Origin: a virus
Lineage: Duplodnaviria > Caudoviricetes
Virus record (IMG/VR): IMGVR_UViG_3300017658_000249
Location: 1-52,301 of that record
Direction: 5' to 3' (one strand)
Length of the DNA: 52,301 nucleotides
The translations under genes and the position numbers were made by a program. Positions 1-13,054 of the stretch are shown piece after piece (position 1 is the stretch's first letter; every line of letters begins with the position of its first letter). The notes below the pieces were generated by a model. That model saw nothing but the letters and a program-made list of their open reading frames with translations. It was not told the DNA's origin and did no database searches.

Positions 1-164
1 GTGGAATTCCGGAACTGCCCGGCAGCGGTAAGTGGAAACGAACGCCGTCATCAAGCACTGGCTGACATTGAGATGCGTCTCAATCAGGTTGGGAAGCGAT
101 GGCTAGTAGGTGCAGGTGGAACTCCAGGGTTCACCCGCAAGTCCGCAAGTCCGAAGACCTGCCA
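1..164 (+). promoter_or_regulatory. Cobalamin (B12) riboswitch, 5'-truncated by window edge
   Basis: Contains conserved B12-element blocks (AATTCCGGAACTGCCCGGCAGCGGTAA, GCACTG, TGGGAAG, AGTCCGAAGACCTGCC) upstream of a B12-independent RNR. Confidence 0.9.
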
Positions 165-440
165 GCGACTGAGCAAATCGGAGTTCCAGGAGATCGACGG
201 TCGGATACTGTCGGGCCGGTTTGCTTATCTGTCGAACCTTCTCGGGAAAGGTTGGTCGGGGATGTTGCTGGCTTCATTCTGCGCGCTGGACATGGCTTCG
301 GGCCGCTGGTCCGAATTGATCCTCTTGGTCATGTTCTTCGATTCTTGTGCGCACATGGGCTCCTCGATTCACCGCTCCCCTGCTGCGTTGGGCATGTCGC
401 CAGATCCGCATCGGTGAGATGTGGAAGGGAGTTCAGGTTG

Positions 441-3260
<2,820 letters not shown>

Positions 3261-3356
3261 AGAACAGCTTTTCGAAGATCCTCAGCGGATTTCAAAACTT
3301 GTCACAACAAAATGTCAATAATTAAAAAGATCAACAATTAAAAAAGATCGATAATA

Positions 3357-4454
3357 ATGACAATTCTAAATATGTATCCTGATGCAATGAAATCCATCGA
3401 ATCTGAAACATCCTTTACGAATGCTTCCGATGGGATGGCAGGTCGAATTCGTGTTGGCGATAAGCGACTGATCAATTGCCATCAGGTCGATGTGAATCAG
3501 CTGATGCCGCTCAAATATCAATGGGCCTGGGAGCATTATCTGAACGGTTGTGCGAATCACTGGATGCCGACCGAAGTTCCGATGCACAAAGATATTGAAA
3601 CCTGGAAGTCGAGCAAATTAACAGATGATGAACGCCGCGTGATTCTGAGAAACCTCGGGTTCTTTTCTACAGCCGAGAGCCTTGTCGGCAATAATCTCGT
3701 GCTGGCGATTTTCCGGCATGTGACAAACGCGGAATGCCGTCAGTACCTGTTACGCCAGGCTTTTGAAGAAGCAGTCCATTCACACACATTCCTGTATGTG
3801 GTGGAAAGCCTGGGGCTCAACGAAGGGGAAGTCTTTAATATGTATCACGAAGTTCCTGCCATCGCCCGTAAGGACAAACTGGAAATGGAGCTGACGGCTG
3901 AAATCCTCGATACAAATTTCTCGACCGATACGTTTGAGGGAGCCCAGATGTTCCTGAAGAACCTGATTGGTTATTACCTGATCATGGAAGGAATCTTCTT
4001 TTATACCGGGTTCGTGATGGTGCTCTCGTTCCATCGCCGCAATCTGATGACCGGCATCGGCGAGCAGTTTCAGTACATCCTTCGTGATGAAACGATTCAC
4101 CTGAACTTCGGTATTGACCTGATCAACGGCATTCATAACGAAAATCCGGAGTTATGGACGCCGGATTTTCAACAGGCCATGATTGATCGGGTGCGGCAGG
4201 CTGTCGAACTGGAAATTGAATATGCCTGGGACGTTCTGCCGCGTGGCATCCTCGGCCTGAATGCCGACCTGTTCCGCGACTACGTGCAGTTCATCGCGGA
4301 TCGCAGGCTGGAACGGATCGGCCTGCCGACACAATATGGATCGTCGAACCCGTTTCCGTGGATGAGTGAAACGATTGATCTCTCGAAGGAAAAGAATTTC
4401 TTCGAAACCCGCGTCACGGAGTACCAGAGTGCGTCCACGTTGAGTTGGGACTGA
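3357..4454 (+). CDS. nrdB: Ribonucleotide reductase beta subunit, class Ic (R2c) signature
   Basis: Ferritin-like ligand motifs [29 protein letters not shown], and C-terminal [10 protein letters not shown]. Start could be 3372 or 3387. Confidence 0.95.
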   Translation: MTILNMYPDAMKSIESETSFTNASDGMAGRIRVGDKRLINCHQVDVNQLMPLKYQWAWEHYLNGCANHWMPTEVPMHKDIETWKSSKLTDDERRVILRNLGFFSTAESLVGNNLVLAIFRHVTNAECRQYLLRQAFEEAVHSHTFLYVVESLGLNEGEVFNMYHEVPAIARKDKLEMELTAEILDTNFSTDTFEGAQMFLKNLIGYYLIMEGIFFYTGFVMVLSFHRRNLMTGIGEQFQYILRDETIHLNFGIDLINGIHNENPELWTPDFQQAMIDRVRQAVELEIEYAWDVLPRGILGLNADLFRDYVQFIADRRLERIGLPTQYGSSNPFPWMSETIDLSKEKNFFETRVTEYQSASTLSWD

Positions 4455-4480
4455 TCAGGGCTCCAGCAGCTTGTTGAAAA

Positions 4481-4558
4481 TGGCACAGACAGAAATGTCT
4501 GTGCCGCCAGAAGCTTCTGGATCATTAAAGAAGTGGGCCGGACATTTCTGTCTGGCCG
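4481..4558. repeat. REP-like inverted pair of palindromes
   Basis: GGCACAGACAGAAATGTCTGTGCC and the related inverted copy GGCCGGACATTTCTGTCTGGCC lie between convergent genes. Confidence 0.55.
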
Positions 4559-4688
4559 GGATTCCATGGTTTTTCACAGGCGCCTCGTGCCTCGTCTACT
4601 CTAAAATTTGGGGTAGGCCTGAACGCAAAGTCCGACAACGGAGGACGTTTCGCGATCACGCATCCCAAATCCAAGCCCTGACAGGGCT

Positions 4689-5951
4689 CTAGCCGATTTC
4701 CACAACCATGGCGGTTGCATTGTCACGGCCATCCGCAGTCACAGAGGCTTCCACAATGCGCTGCGCGGAGGTCAGCATGCGCTGATCGGGGGTGGGAATC
4801 CGGATCAGGTCTTCCAGTGCATGTTCCCAGAGTCCTTCAGTGACTCCATCCGTGCACAGCAGCAATCGATCACCCGGACCAACTTTGATTTCTCCAATTT
4901 GTGGAACAACATATCGGTTGCCTGCCCCCAGTGCCTGTGACAGCACATTCTTGCGGGGATGATGTCGAGCTTCCCGTTCGTTCAGTTCACCGGCACGACG
5001 TAACCAGCCCACGTGTGTATCATCATGGGAAATCTGTTTCATACCCCCGCCACGAGGCAGATGATAAATCCGGCTGTCCCCGATATGACCAAAGTAAAAC
5101 CGGTCCTGGATGAACCAGACCAGGCTGAGCGTGGCCCCCATATTACGGCCTTCTTCATAGCTGTTGCCGAGGACCGTCAATTGACGATGAATGCCCAGAA
5201 AGAGTTCACGCAAACAATCGCGAATTCCGGCAGACTGATTCTTGAGTTTCAGGCTGAACCGCTGCCCCATCAGACGGGTGATATTATCAATCGCGAATTT
5301 ACTGGCAAACTCGCCGGACCGCTCCCCCCCCATGCCGTCGCTGACAGCAAAGACATAATCGAAATCCGTTAACGGAACTTCTCCATGACTGGCCAGGTAG
5401 ATGAATTCTTCCCGGTTGAAAGCAACTCCCAGAAATTCATCTTCGTTGTTGGCCCGGAACCGTCCGATGTGTCGAAAGCCGGACCAGCTCATGGAGGCCA
5501 GTGCCGGTGTTTCCAGAAACTCATCCAGGTTAATGGGAGCGGTTGCCGGTTCCGGTGATGGAGGAGCCCCGACAGCTGGATCGAGGATCGTAGCGAATTC
5601 AAAATCGATCAGACAAAATCGACCGTCCCGGGCACGATAGGTCACGTTCCTCAGATAGGGATCGTCGTGCCGCACGCCATAGGTTTCCAGTTCTGCGAAA
5701 AGTGCTTTGAGCCTGGCATCGTCCAGTTGATCGACTCTGGCGCCGCAATTGGTCGTCACCAGTTCGAGTTTATCCGGGTCGTAGCTCAGTACGCGGGGAA
5801 CGAAATCGCACTCTCGGCTTTCCAGATATTGCAACACCCGGAGTTCATTTTCAAACCGCTGTTGTGCGTTCTGATGCCGGAAGTATTTATGAACGGTGCC
5901 ATCATAGCCAATTTTGACCATCGCCCGGGCAGTGTTCTTGGCCTCTTCCAT
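4689..5951 (-). CDS. Fusion of a minimal kinase-like domain and a PP2C/PrpC Ser/Thr phosphatase
   Basis: N-terminal part has HKYF, NELRVL, VRHDDPYLRN and LIDFEFA. C-terminal part has RANNED, AVSDGMGG, GHIGDSRIY, LCTDGV and GRDNAT. ATG 5951 follows GAAGGTGAG. Confidence 0.85.
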   Translation of the reverse strand: MEEAKNTARAMVKIGYDGTVHKYFRHQNAQQRFENELRVLQYLESRECDFVPRVLSYDPDKLELVTTNCGARVDQLDDARLKALFAELETYGVRHDDPYLRNVTYRARDGRFCLIDFEFATILDPAVGAPPSPEPATAPINLDEFLETPALASMSWSGFRHIGRFRANNEDEFLGVAFNREEFIYLASHGEVPLTDFDYVFAVSDGMGGERSGEFASKFAIDNITRLMGQRFSLKLKNQSAGIRDCLRELFLGIHRQLTVLGNSYEEGRNMGATLSLVWFIQDRFYFGHIGDSRIYHLPRGGGMKQISHDDTHVGWLRRAGELNEREARHHPRKNVLSQALGAGNRYVVPQIGEIKVGPGDRLLLCTDGVTEGLWEHALEDLIRIPTPDQRMLTSAQRIVEASVTADGRDNATAMVVEIG

Positions 5952-6371
5952 CAACTCACCTTCAAAGATCTGGACCAGGACGCCCGCACACCGGCTGGGC
6001 CGCGTTCCAGGGTGCGGCGAGCAACATTTCACAAGACGAAATTTGCACGGGGGCAGGTCCAGGCGTTCCCGATTCTATCATGCCCATGATCCATCGGGCA
6101 GCGAAACGAGCAATCGTATGAAGAGGCGGGCCTCCATACCCGAAATGGGATCATACTGTCCTTCCACATTTGATCGAGTGGAGAAAAGGGTTCGGAGGTC
6201 AGCAGTCGGAGGTCAGCAGCCTTTTCAGGAGACAGGGAAAAAGCCTGCAAGTCGTTGCGTTTTCTGACCTCTGATCTTCGCCCCCTCTCTTCAACCGGCT
6301 GCGAGCGCATTACTCCCGCATCGACCGCGTTCCACCATGCGGCAGAGCTTTCGTTTTACTGAAAATGGCAT

Positions 6372-6451
6372 GGGAGTGCGAGGCTCCTGTCGAGCCGCAA
6401 ACGAAGGAAAGCATGATCACTTATGCGGCTCAGCAGGAGCTTCGCCTTCTC
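6372..6451. repeat. REP/REPIN-like inverted pair
   Basis: GGGAGTGCGAGGCTCCTGTCGAGCCGCA and the near-complementary TGCGGCTCAGCAGGAGCTTCGCCTTCTC. Confidence 0.6.
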
Positions 6452-6486
6452 GGAAGTTGCCCATTTTGAAACAGGCAAAACCCTGA

Positions 6487-6558
6487 CCACGCGGCGAGTC
6501 GCCTTTCATCAATCGAAACGCGAACGCTGCGCGGGCCAGAGTAACTCAACTTGCTCTA
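6487..6558. repeat. Dispersed ~70-bp intergenic repeat, copy 1
   Basis: CCACGC..CTTTCA.CA.TCGAAACGCG..CGCTGCGCGGGCC..CAACTTGCTCTA is shared with 9635-9705. Confidence 0.65.
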
Positions 6559-7575
6559 AACCTCCGGGACCATGCGGAGCGTCTGGGCCAATCGGGCCAC
6601 AATCATATATGGGTCCGCCTGCGAATTTGGACGGCGATCTTCCAGATAACCTCGATAGGCATCATCTTTGACAAACGCGAGCGGCACCCGCACGGAGGCT
6701 CCCCGATTGGCGACACCATAATTGAACTTGTCAATGGACTGCGTCTCATGCAGGCCGGTCAGTCGCAGATGATTATCTGGACCATAGGCAGCGATGTGTT
6801 CATTCTTATACTTGTCGAATGTTTCCATCAACTTCTCGAAGTAGGCACGTCCCCCTTTTTCTCGCATAAATTTCGTGGAGAAATTTGTGTGCATTCCTGA
6901 GCCGTTCCAGTCTCCCTTGATCGGCTTGCAATGGAATTCGATGTCCAGACCATATTTCTCTGCCAGGCGGAGCAACATGTACCGGGCCACCCACATGTCA
7001 TCGCCAATTTTGCGGGCTCCTTTGGCGAAGACCTGAAATTCCCATTGGCCCTTGGCGACTTCCGCGTTGATTCCTTCCAGATTGATCCCCGCAGCACGAA
7101 CCACGTCGATATGCTCTTCTGCAACGGCTCGGGCAGTATCTCCCATGAATTTGTACCCGACACCGGTATAATACTGCCCTTGTGGAGCAGGATAGCCGGC
7201 GTCCGGAAATCCTAGCGGCTTCCCCTCTCTCCAGAAGAAATATTCCTGTTCCAGGCCGACCCACAGGTCTGGATCGTCTGGGATTCCAGCACGATGATTG
7301 GTGGGATGCGGCTCGCCATTGGGCAGCAACACTTCATTCATCACCAGAAAGCCGTTCTTGCGGGTACAGTCCGGGTAGAACGCCACAGGCTTGAGCAAAC
7401 AGTCCGAACTGTGCCCTTCCGCCTGCATGGTGGAACTGCCATCAAACCCCCACATCGGAAGATCTTCCAGCGATTCCGGGGCCGATTCGACAATCTTCGT
7501 CTTGCTGCGAAGATTGGCCACGGGCTTATAACCGTCCAGCCAAATGTATTCCAACTTATACGTAGGCAAACTCAT
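6556..7575 (-). CDS. glnII: Glutamine synthetase type II
   Basis: LEYIWLDG, LRSKT, WGFDGSST, GLEQEY, PQGQYY, INAEVAKGQWEFQ, DWNGSGMHTNFS, RLTGLHET, NRGASVR and YLEDRRP; about 339 aa, typical of GSII. Confidence 0.95.
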   Translation of the reverse strand: MSLPTYKLEYIWLDGYKPVANLRSKTKIVESAPESLEDLPMWGFDGSSTMQAEGHSSDCLLKPVAFYPDCTRKNGFLVMNEVLLPNGEPHPTNHRAGIPDDPDLWVGLEQEYFFWREGKPLGFPDAGYPAPQGQYYTGVGYKFMGDTARAVAEEHIDVVRAAGINLEGINAEVAKGQWEFQVFAKGARKIGDDMWVARYMLLRLAEKYGLDIEFHCKPIKGDWNGSGMHTNFSTKFMREKGGRAYFEKLMETFDKYKNEHIAAYGPDNHLRLTGLHETQSIDKFNYGVANRGASVRVPLAFVKDDAYRGYLEDRRPNSQADPYMIVARLAQTLRMVPEV

Positions 7576-7908
7576 TTCAGTGCAACTCCAGCAAAATTGA
7601 GGTAGGCAAAGCGGCAGTAGTGTTCTAAGTGAGCAATGTTGTGGCAGCACGTCGGAAACACTTGCGAATCCACGTCGACACGCTGCTACGGCAGACTGAT
7701 CTGATCACTGGAAGGGGATGGTGTTCGAGATCCTTCCATCAAATCGTCACGAACAATTTCTTGAAATCAAGCCATTCCTTCTGTCAGACAGTGCCAGTTT
7801 TCAAGGCAATTTCGCCTGAAAATCACGCACTCTCCAATGGAGAGAGTTTGAGTTTCCCGAAGAAATCGTCGTTTTTCTGCTGCTCTACTTAGGAAAAGCA
7901 CTACTAAG

Positions 7909-7923
7909 GCAAACGTAATGCCA
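7909..7923 (-). promoter_or_regulatory. Candidate sigma-54 (-24/-12) promoter for glutamine synthetase
   Basis: Minus strand reads TGGCATTACGTTTGC (GG-N10-GC), pointing at the GS gene about 335 bp downstream. Confidence 0.5.
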
Positions 7924-8399
7924 GTTTGACCAGTGGTCTGACCATCTTGTTCTGATGGATGTTCGAGTATTGCCCGCACGGTCGTGGCCGTGCTCGCGGC
8001 AAGTTTCTGGTCCGCTCATCCCAAGAATGCTGCAACACTGATGAATTTGGGTCTGCCTGCGTCAGCTTCATTAAATTATCGTCATGAACATGAATTTTCT
8101 ATGCTGAATGTTCACTCCCCATGATTCATCATTTCCCTGGAGCCTCCGTTTGCATTCTGAGTACCAGGCAATTTGCGATCTGTACTGGAAACGTTTTGAC
8201 ATTTCACTTGCTGCGAGGATTTCGAGGTGCCTGGATCACTTCCGTCAGACTCTCAGCCACCCTGAATTCGCAACTGCAATTCAGCACTCATGATGAACAC
8301 TGAAATGCTCCCCCTGAATGCTGTCCAGAATATTGAGAATCTGTCAGAATGACGCGAAGCCAGTCGACCTCCCCAACTTCTGTCCCAGGGAAGAAAGAG

Positions 8400-9590
8400 A
8401 TGTGTAAAATGTTCTCATTCACAATGGCCAGGAGAAACTGCCGATTCTTCTGTCTGTCTCTCATTCTGGCAGCATGCCGATCCGGACTCGCAGCCGATCC
8501 CATTCCGTTCGAAGTGAAGGTTTTAACCGTCGACCTGAATGAAGCCTGTGACATCGCAGATTTCGATGGCGATGGCAAATTGGATGTTGTGGCGGGTCGC
8601 AACTGGTATCACAACCCGGATTGGCTGCCCCGTCCGGTGCGAAGCATTGAAGACAATGCCGGTTATGTGCATTCCAATTGTGACTTTGCTTATGACGTGA
8701 ATCAGGATGGTCGTCCAGATGTCATCTCGGGCGATTTCTTTACGACCGCCGTGTATTGGTATGAAAATCCCGGGGCAGATCATCTGCTGCAGGGCGTGCT
8801 GTGGAAAAAACATCTGCTGGTAGAGACCGGAATTGGTTCCAATGAAGGAACCTTGATGGCCGACTTAAACGGCGATGGCAAACCTGAATGGCTGACCAAC
8901 TCCTGGATCGATACCAATCCTGTGATTGCCTGGGAATTGGTCACAGCCGCCGCTGGACCAACATTAAAACGACACCTGTTGTCCGAAAAGGGACAAATGC
9001 ACGGCTTTGGAGTTGGAGACATCAACAATGATGGCCGGGTCGATCTCCTGACCGGAGCGGGCTGGCTGGAACACCCTGCAGAAGGGGGACTTGAAGGAGT
9101 CTGGAAATTCCATGCAGACTGGTCCCAGCCCTTAAGTGTTCCCGTACTGGTGCGGGATCTCAATGGAGATGGACGCAATGATGTGATTGTTGGAAACCCG
9201 CATGACTACGGACTGTTTATCTGGTTTGCAGAACCCCCCGAAGAAAATGGAAAGTTGAAATTCCGCAAGGAGCTGGTCGACAAATCTTATTCGCAACTGC
9301 ACTGCCTGCACCTGGCCGATCTGGACGGAGATGGCCAGCCGGAACTGCTGACCGGTAAACGGGTGCGAGCCCACAACGGAGGCGATCCCGGAGCAGCGGA
9401 ATCACCAATTATCTGCTATTACAAAATTGATGCAGCCGGGAAGTTGACCCGCTTTGTGATCAATGAAGGGCTTGTTGGAATCGGCCTGCAGATTCGCACT
9501 GCTGACCTGGATGGCGATGGAGACATGGATATCGTTGTTGCAGGCAAAGATGGTACACAGATCCTGTTCAACAAGTTAAAAACTGAGTGA
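8400..9590 (+). CDS. Secreted FG-GAP/VCBS repeat protein
   Basis: Signal-like N-terminus and seven D(F/L/V/I)(D/N)xDGxxD-type repeats. Start uncertain (8349-8424). Confidence 0.9.
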   Translation: MCKMFSFTMARRNCRFFCLSLILAACRSGLAADPIPFEVKVLTVDLNEACDIADFDGDGKLDVVAGRNWYHNPDWLPRPVRSIEDNAGYVHSNCDFAYDVNQDGRPDVISGDFFTTAVYWYENPGADHLLQGVLWKKHLLVETGIGSNEGTLMADLNGDGKPEWLTNSWIDTNPVIAWELVTAAAGPTLKRHLLSEKGQMHGFGVGDINNDGRVDLLTGAGWLEHPAEGGLEGVWKFHADWSQPLSVPVLVRDLNGDGRNDVIVGNPHDYGLFIWFAEPPEENGKLKFRKELVDKSYSQLHCLHLADLDGDGQPELLTGKRVRAHNGGDPGAAESPIICYYKIDAAGKLTRFVINEGLVGIGLQIRTADLDGDGDMDIVVAGKDGTQILFNKLKTE

Positions 9591-9634
9591 CCAAACAGGC
9601 TAGATCGCATCAACCCCGCATAGACAGCGTTCCG

Positions 9635-9705
9635 CCACGCAACAAGCAGTCTTTCACCAGTCGAAACGCGCGCTGCGCGGGCCCAGGCCAGAGCAACTTG
9701 CTCTA
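9635..9705. repeat. Dispersed ~70-bp intergenic repeat, copy 2
   Basis: Aligns with 6487-6558 and ends in the palindrome AGAGCAACTTGCTCT. Confidence 0.65.
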
Positions 9706-9799
9706 GTTGCTGTCATCTTGAAGCAAGTTGCCCTCGGCTCGACTCACACGGTGCATCGTTCTCATCTTGCCTGACGAGAAAACGATTCGCCATGTCGCG

Positions 9800-9921
9800 G
9801 AACAAGGTCCATATGCGCCGAATCGTCTTGACTCATCTGCGACCAGCATGAGAAATAAAGGAAATCCCGGATACGGTTTCACGGACTTGCCAGATGATTT
9901 TGAACGTGTAGACTTATCCAT
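9800..9921 (-). pseudogene. Relic of a tyrosine integrase N-terminus
   Basis: RBS ACAGGAG, then MDKST..KPYPGFPLF; after a 1-nt shift HAGRR*VKTIRR. This resembles the KPYPDFPLFPHxxGRWAKKIRG start recalled for planctomycete integrases. The 3' boundary is approximate. Confidence 0.6.
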
Positions 9922-10104
9922 CTCCTGTCCCCGCGAGATTTGCGGTTCAGGGGGAATCAACGGTTCTCGGCGGTCGCCGGCGAGCGCCGTTTTTCTGAGA
10001 AATCGGGTTTCCGGAAGCCAATCTGAGTGTCAATACTTTGTGTGTCAACACTTTGTGAAGTTCCGGCCAATTCAGCGGGCTTCTCCACAGAATTCCTGCG
10101 GTTT

Positions 10105-10178
10105 GGCGGTGTAGCTCAGTCGGTTAGAGCAGCGGAATCATAATCCGCGTGTCGGGGGTTCGAATCCCTCCACCGCTA
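10105..10178 (+). tRNA. tRNA-Met(CAT), elongator type; no encoded CCA
   Basis: Acceptor GGCGGTG/CACCGCT, D arm GCTC/GAGC, anticodon arm GCGGA-ATCATAA-TCCGC, T arm GGGGG-TTCGAAT-CCCTC. Ile2 is not strictly excluded. Confidence 0.95.
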
Positions 10179-10325
10179 TTTTCTTTTTTTTGAGGGCAAA
10201 TGAAACCCCAACTGGAAAAGAACTTATGAGCCGCGAGGTTCGGTCTGAGTGGACCGGATCACGCGGTTCTTGTTGCTTTTCGACTGTCCAATTGTTTCGC
10301 TGTTCGAAATGCCGATGATGGAGGC

Positions 10326-10562
10326 ATGGATGAAATGATTTTACAAAAGCGATTTACTGCCCGCGTTCTGGAACGTTTAGACCAGCTAAGCTGGAACAGA
10401 GCGCGTCTTGCACGCGAAATGGGGGTGCAACCTCCTTATCTGTCAAATTACCTGAACGGGCGGTTCTCACCTGGGCTCGACGTTGTCGAAAAGTTTGCGA
10501 ATGCATTGCAGATTGACGCTGGAGAACTGCTGCAGGAACACTCTCTTCACGAACATGTGTGA
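10326..10562 (+). CDS. Xre-family HTH transcriptional regulator
   Basis: WNRARLAREMGVQPPYLSNYLNGRFSPGLDVVEKFANAL HTH; RBS GGAGG. Confidence 0.9.
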   Translation: MDEMILQKRFTARVLERLDQLSWNRARLAREMGVQPPYLSNYLNGRFSPGLDVVEKFANALQIDAGELLQEHSLHEHV

Positions 10563-10630
10563 ACTCTGAAGCCGGCGGATCGCTTGCCGGCTTCAGAATT
10601 CCAATTTCTCTTTTCTCTGGACTGAATGGC

Positions 10631-11251
10631 GTGGGCAAAGAAAAAAAGAAGAAAAACGCTCTGGTTCAAGGTTGCATGACAATGCTTGCGTTGTCGCTGT
10701 TCGGGATTGCGGGATGCATCTATCTGTTGGAATCGTCCTTGAAAGATCGTCGGCCTGCCCATTCGGTTCATGCAACATCTCCAATTATTGAAGAGCCACA
10801 GCCACAAGTTGTGAATGTTAACCAGACCAAAGAGATTTCAGATGCCCAGATGCAACCTAAGGAGATTTCTCCTGAAGAGCGACTGGTTGAAAACATTCGG
10901 AAGTCGCTGACCGCTTCGAACAGAGGCCGTGAGCGAATTTCCGTGGCAATAGTTGAAGACTTCGTGAAAGTTCAGTTTTCCATCAATGACAACCTTACTG
11001 AAAGCATGATCAAGATTGGGGCACAGAGAGATATAGTGGACCTCCTCAAGGCTGCAATAGATTCAGGATCGGACTTTCGGGAAATCCGGATCGTCGGAAC
11101 ATTCCCTCTTGTGGACGTCTATGGAAACTCGCAGGAGTCTCGAATTCTGGATGTCGTCTATTCCAGTGACAATCTCAAACGAGTGAACTGGAAGAACTTT
11201 CAACGCGAAAACATCTATAAAATCGCGGACAAGCAGTCCAAGGTTCCATGA
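10631..11251 (+). CDS. Single-pass membrane protein (moron; candidate superinfection exclusion)
   Basis: Basic N-terminus, TM helix, linker and a C-terminal domain with LVDVYGN; followed by its own terminator. Start uncertain. Confidence 0.7.
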   Translation: MGKEKKKKNALVQGCMTMLALSLFGIAGCIYLLESSLKDRRPAHSVHATSPIIEEPQPQVVNVNQTKEISDAQMQPKEISPEERLVENIRKSLTASNRGRERISVAIVEDFVKVQFSINDNLTESMIKIGAQRDIVDLLKAAIDSGSDFREIRIVGTFPLVDVYGNSQESRILDVVYSSDNLKRVNWKNFQRENIYKIADKQSKVP

Positions 11252-11285
11252 GAATCAAATTTATGAGTTGATGGTGTGAGGCCTC

Positions 11286-11319
11286 AAAAGCCGCGAGCAA
11301 ATTGTTCGCGGCTTTTTTT
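11286..11319 (+). terminator. Intrinsic terminator
   Basis: AAAAGCCGCGAGCAA-A-TTGTTCGCGGC hairpin followed by a T7 tract. Confidence 0.85.
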
Positions 11320-11343
11320 GTGCGCGCACTTGCTCTGAGAGAC

Positions 11344-11371
11344 TTGACATAGTTAGAGGATTCTCTAACAT
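11344..11371 (+). promoter_or_regulatory. Sigma-70-type early promoter with internal operator
   Basis: TTGACA-16 bp-TAACAT, overlapped by the inverted repeat GTTAGAG-GATT-CTCTAAC. Confidence 0.65.
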
Positions 11372-11668
11372 CATCTTCGTTCGAGAAATGAAGTTCAACA
11401 AACTTGCGTTTCCCGGATGTCTGATACGAGCCGTGCGGATCGCATGAATTGCACAGTAGCGGATGGGTTTCCGCCTGTCATGTGATTGCCGGTTTTTAGT
11501 CTTGGCACACGTACACATTCGGAGCATGAATGATGGTACGACAGAAGTCGGGCGCTGGTCACGGGGTGATCAGTCATGGAGGCGGGATCGTTCCGCTCAC
11601 GCAGCTGCAGCAGGCGCGAAGGAGGTCGATGGAGTGTCGCGCGGTGCTGGCAATCGCAGACCATCGAC

Positions 11669-13054
11669 ATGACCACGGTTTCACTCCATTGCACACTTTC
11701 CCTCGACTCCGCTCAGTTGCTCGCGCTGACGCAACCCGCAAGACTGTCTCTGCAGGGGACTCATGTGGCCCGGCTCCCATTCACATCTTCGGAGGGCGGA
11801 CCCGCTCTCAGGCTGTTCAATCCGTTCAACGAACCTCAATCGGCAGCGTCCGGTGGATCGGTTCCACCGAGCACGCCGGTGCTCACGCTGCCGGCAGCTC
11901 CCGAGCCGGAGCCGGACAGCCTCGATCTCGAACAAGCCTGGCAAACGCTCCTGAAGCCGGAACTGGCGAGCAAGAGGTCCATTGTAACGCTGAGAGAGTA
12001 CGAAACACATCTCCGCAGGTGGCACGAATTCTGCGATTCCCAGGTCGACGAGCCATCAGATCAACATCCGGAAGGGATGCCGGATTCCGGGGGCGAGTGC
12101 CGGATGCACTATCCGGCACTCGCCAAAATCACCCGGGCCGATCTGCTCGGTTTCCGCGGCTGGCTCGCAAATCACGACGACGATTTCTCGAATCGGACGG
12201 TCAACAAGCATCTTGGATCGCTCACGGCGATCGGCGAATGCGCTGTGCTGCACGAGAAAATCGAGAGCTTTCCGAAGCTGCCACCGCTGCCCGCCATCAA
12301 GGCGGGACGGAAGCTGCATCTCTCCTACGACGAAGCGGATGCCCTCAAGCGGGCCTGCCAGGTGGCGACCTGGCCACACGATCTGGAGTTTCCCGCTCCG
12401 CTTTATTGGGAAGCGTTGACGGTCGGGTACTGCGTCTATGGGTTCCGCACTCAGGAACAGGTCAAGCAGATCTCGCGGATGACGTCGCTTACCTGGGAGA
12501 ACATTCGCGACGATCTGGAGACGCCACATCCCGACGGCAAAGCCCAGAACGACCATGGCTGGATCTGTTACACGCCCCAAAAGCAACGGGGCCGCAAGCC
12601 CGAACCGCTGGTCTTACCGATTGTGGCAGCGTATCGCCGGCATCTCGACGCCATTCGTCCGCTGGATCCCGATCCGTCCGATCTTGTCTTTCCATTCCCG
12701 CTGTCCTCTCGGTCGTTCTATCCGCAATGGAACGCGATTTTGGAAGCGGCCGGAGTAAAACCCAAAGCGGGACTCGACGGCACTCGACCGGAATATCAGA
12801 TCAAACATCTGCGGAAGACAGCCACGCGCTGGCTGAACGACCACGGTTCCACCATCGGGATGCCGGGCATCGGCGATCATGTGACCGGGCATGCAGCCGA
12901 CCGCTCACCCGATCGGGAAGTGCAGAGCAAGGTCACGCAAGTGCATTACGACTTCGCCGAGTCGCGGGTGTTGCGAGCGCTCACCACATTGCCGCTGCCG
13001 GACTCATTTGCCGGACCGCTTTGGTCTGGTCCTCGGCAACAACGGTTGTTCTGA
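11669..13054 (+). CDS. Tyrosine recombinase/integrase
   Basis: Core-binding region (TLREYETHLRRW; SNRTVNKHL) and catalytic motifs GFRT, PQK, KHLRKT, TGH, QVHY. Confidence 0.9.
   Translation: MTTVSLHCTLSLDSAQLLALTQPARLSLQGTHVARLPFTSSEGGPALRLFNPFNEPQSAASGGSVPPSTPVLTLPAAPEPEPDSLDLEQAWQTLLKPELASKRSIVTLREYETHLRRWHEFCDSQVDEPSDQHPEGMPDSGGECRMHYPALAKITRADLLGFRGWLANHDDDFSNRTVNKHLGSLTAIGECAVLHEKIESFPKLPPLPAIKAGRKLHLSYDEADALKRACQVATWPHDLEFPAPLYWEALTVGYCVYGFRTQEQVKQISRMTSLTWENIRDDLETPHPDGKAQNDHGWICYTPQKQRGRKPEPLVLPIVAAYRRHLDAIRPLDPDPSDLVFPFPLSSRSFYPQWNAILEAAGVKPKAGLDGTRPEYQIKHLRKTATRWLNDHGSTIGMPGIGDHVTGHAADRSPDREVQSKVTQVHYDFAESRVLRALTTLPLPDSFAGPLWSGPRQQRLF

Noticed and set aside
99-440. 114-aa N-terminal extension of NrdA, and ORF 1-417
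   Set aside because: Both overlap the riboswitch and leader; the ATP cone starts just after ATG 441.
3316-3352. Short AT-rich direct repeat between nrdA and nrdB
   Set aside because: Low-complexity duplication that does not match an NrdR box; no supportable function.
10150-10178. attL/attR direct repeat
   Set aside because: No second copy of the tRNA 3' end was seen in the window, so the att core cannot be defined.
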